Assembly: GCA_900617105.1 (NCBI GenBank)
Contig: UYFQ01000027.1
Coordinates: 62,001-98,506, forward strand
Source: Hydrurus foetidus
Lineage: Eukaryota
DNA: 36,506 bases
Direction of reading: 5' to 3'
A program made the translations under genes and the position numbers. Shown one piece after another: positions 36,101 to 36,506 of the stretch (within the stretch, counting starts at the first letter, position 1; the number at the start of each line of letters is the position of its first letter). The notes beneath the pieces are model-generated. The model did no database searches. It worked only from the letters and a program-made list of their open reading frames with translations, and was not told the origin of the DNA.

Positions 36101-36506
36101 TTTCATTAGGGAAGTGCGTGTAATTTAAAATGGTAGATAAGTGTACCTTCTCATGCGGTAGAAAGGGTATCGGCTTTATTTTGTACTTTTCTCGTCCTCT
36201 ATAATTCGAATTTCTGATATTTTTCATCTTTGTTGCTAATTTGAGAACGGTTATTCTACTCTGCGCTATGATGTCGTCTGGAAACACCGTCGCTAGAAAA
36301 CGTATCCACTCATCATTCCTCGCCGTAAAAAATCTGTTCAATTTCTCATTTGTTCTTCGTCGTGTCTCCTTACCAGCATAATATTGTTCGATTGTGTCCT
36401 GTAAGAGTAGAATACATTGCAGTTAGTGTCTATACGAGTTCTGGTTATATATGTCAAGGAACAGTATGATTTTACCTTATCTTTTGACGATACATATGGT
36501 ACCGCA
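33149..36506 (-). CDS. Multi-exon gene (at least 14 exons, 5' end beyond window) ending in a USP/peptidase C19-like cysteine protease domain
   Basis: Exons >36506-36476, 36398-36147, 36085-36026, 35942-35814, 35745-35599, 35529-35383, 35279-35205, 35135-35076, 35010-34963, 34890-34741, 34668-34597, 34526-34474, ~34395-34237, 34141-33149. The last exon has a Cys box (FPWENNSCALDA), Cys pairs CKETGC / CDLC, and a His box (YDLVSVVYGDNRHF...IYEADG). One junction (34474 to ~34395) is out of phase unless the GAG acceptor before 34393 is used. Confidence 0.7.
35310..35920 (-). repeat. Three diverged tandem copies of an exon+intron unit, period 215-216 bp
   Basis: Anchor CGTTGG(TATCC/CAACC) at 35909, 35694 and 35478. 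Each unit has a GTACGT donor and TACGTAC.AAA in the intron; two exons are exactly 147 nt. Confidence 0.85.

Larger units (their letters stand above)
31808..36506. mobile_element. Candidate large DNA mobile element (one end only), AT-rich, carrying peptidase-like genes
   Basis: Begins TA|CCGTATGG, followed by about 400 bp of subterminal repeats. Base composition and intron style differ from the flanking host genes. No transposase and no second terminus inside the window, so the class is unassigned. Confidence 0.55.

Noticed and set aside
36048..36341. Separate gene ending at the stop at 36048
   Set aside because: A GT-AG intron at 36146-36086 moves the frame past this stop and links the exon to the downstream exon chain, so a single gene is more parsimonious (unconfirmed without RNA).

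Overview
Intron-rich eukaryotic genomic DNA, probably a plastid-bearing stramenopile (ochrophyte); the taxonomy is inferred from gene content and signal/transit-like N-termini. Seven host genes can be assembled by hand with GT-AG splicing: a VPS9-domain Rab5-type GEF (last exon), an intronless PAS-like + receiver protein, a 13-exon helical-repeat (OPR-like) + RAP protein, a BRAP2/ETP1-like RING/ZnF-UBP ligase, an FGGY sugar kinase, a 5-exon conserved hypothetical protein and a DUF1295 membrane protein. Intergenic spaces hold many mobile-element structures: a 2.2-kb internally deleted PIF/Harbinger element (perfect 64-bp TIRs, TAA TSD) possibly nested in an older MITE, a duplicated segment with a 168-bp insert, a 687-bp foldback palindrome, and small elements with telomere-like TTAGGG cores. 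The most unusual part is the AT-rich block from 31808 to the window end. It starts with TA|CCGTATGG and subterminal repeats and carries two convergent spliced genes that both look like papain-fold cysteine peptidases. One is a USP-like protease preceded by an array of small, nearly all phase-0 exons that includes tandem exon-intron duplications. This is a candidate large peptidase-carrying mobile element whose transposase, if any, lies outside the window.
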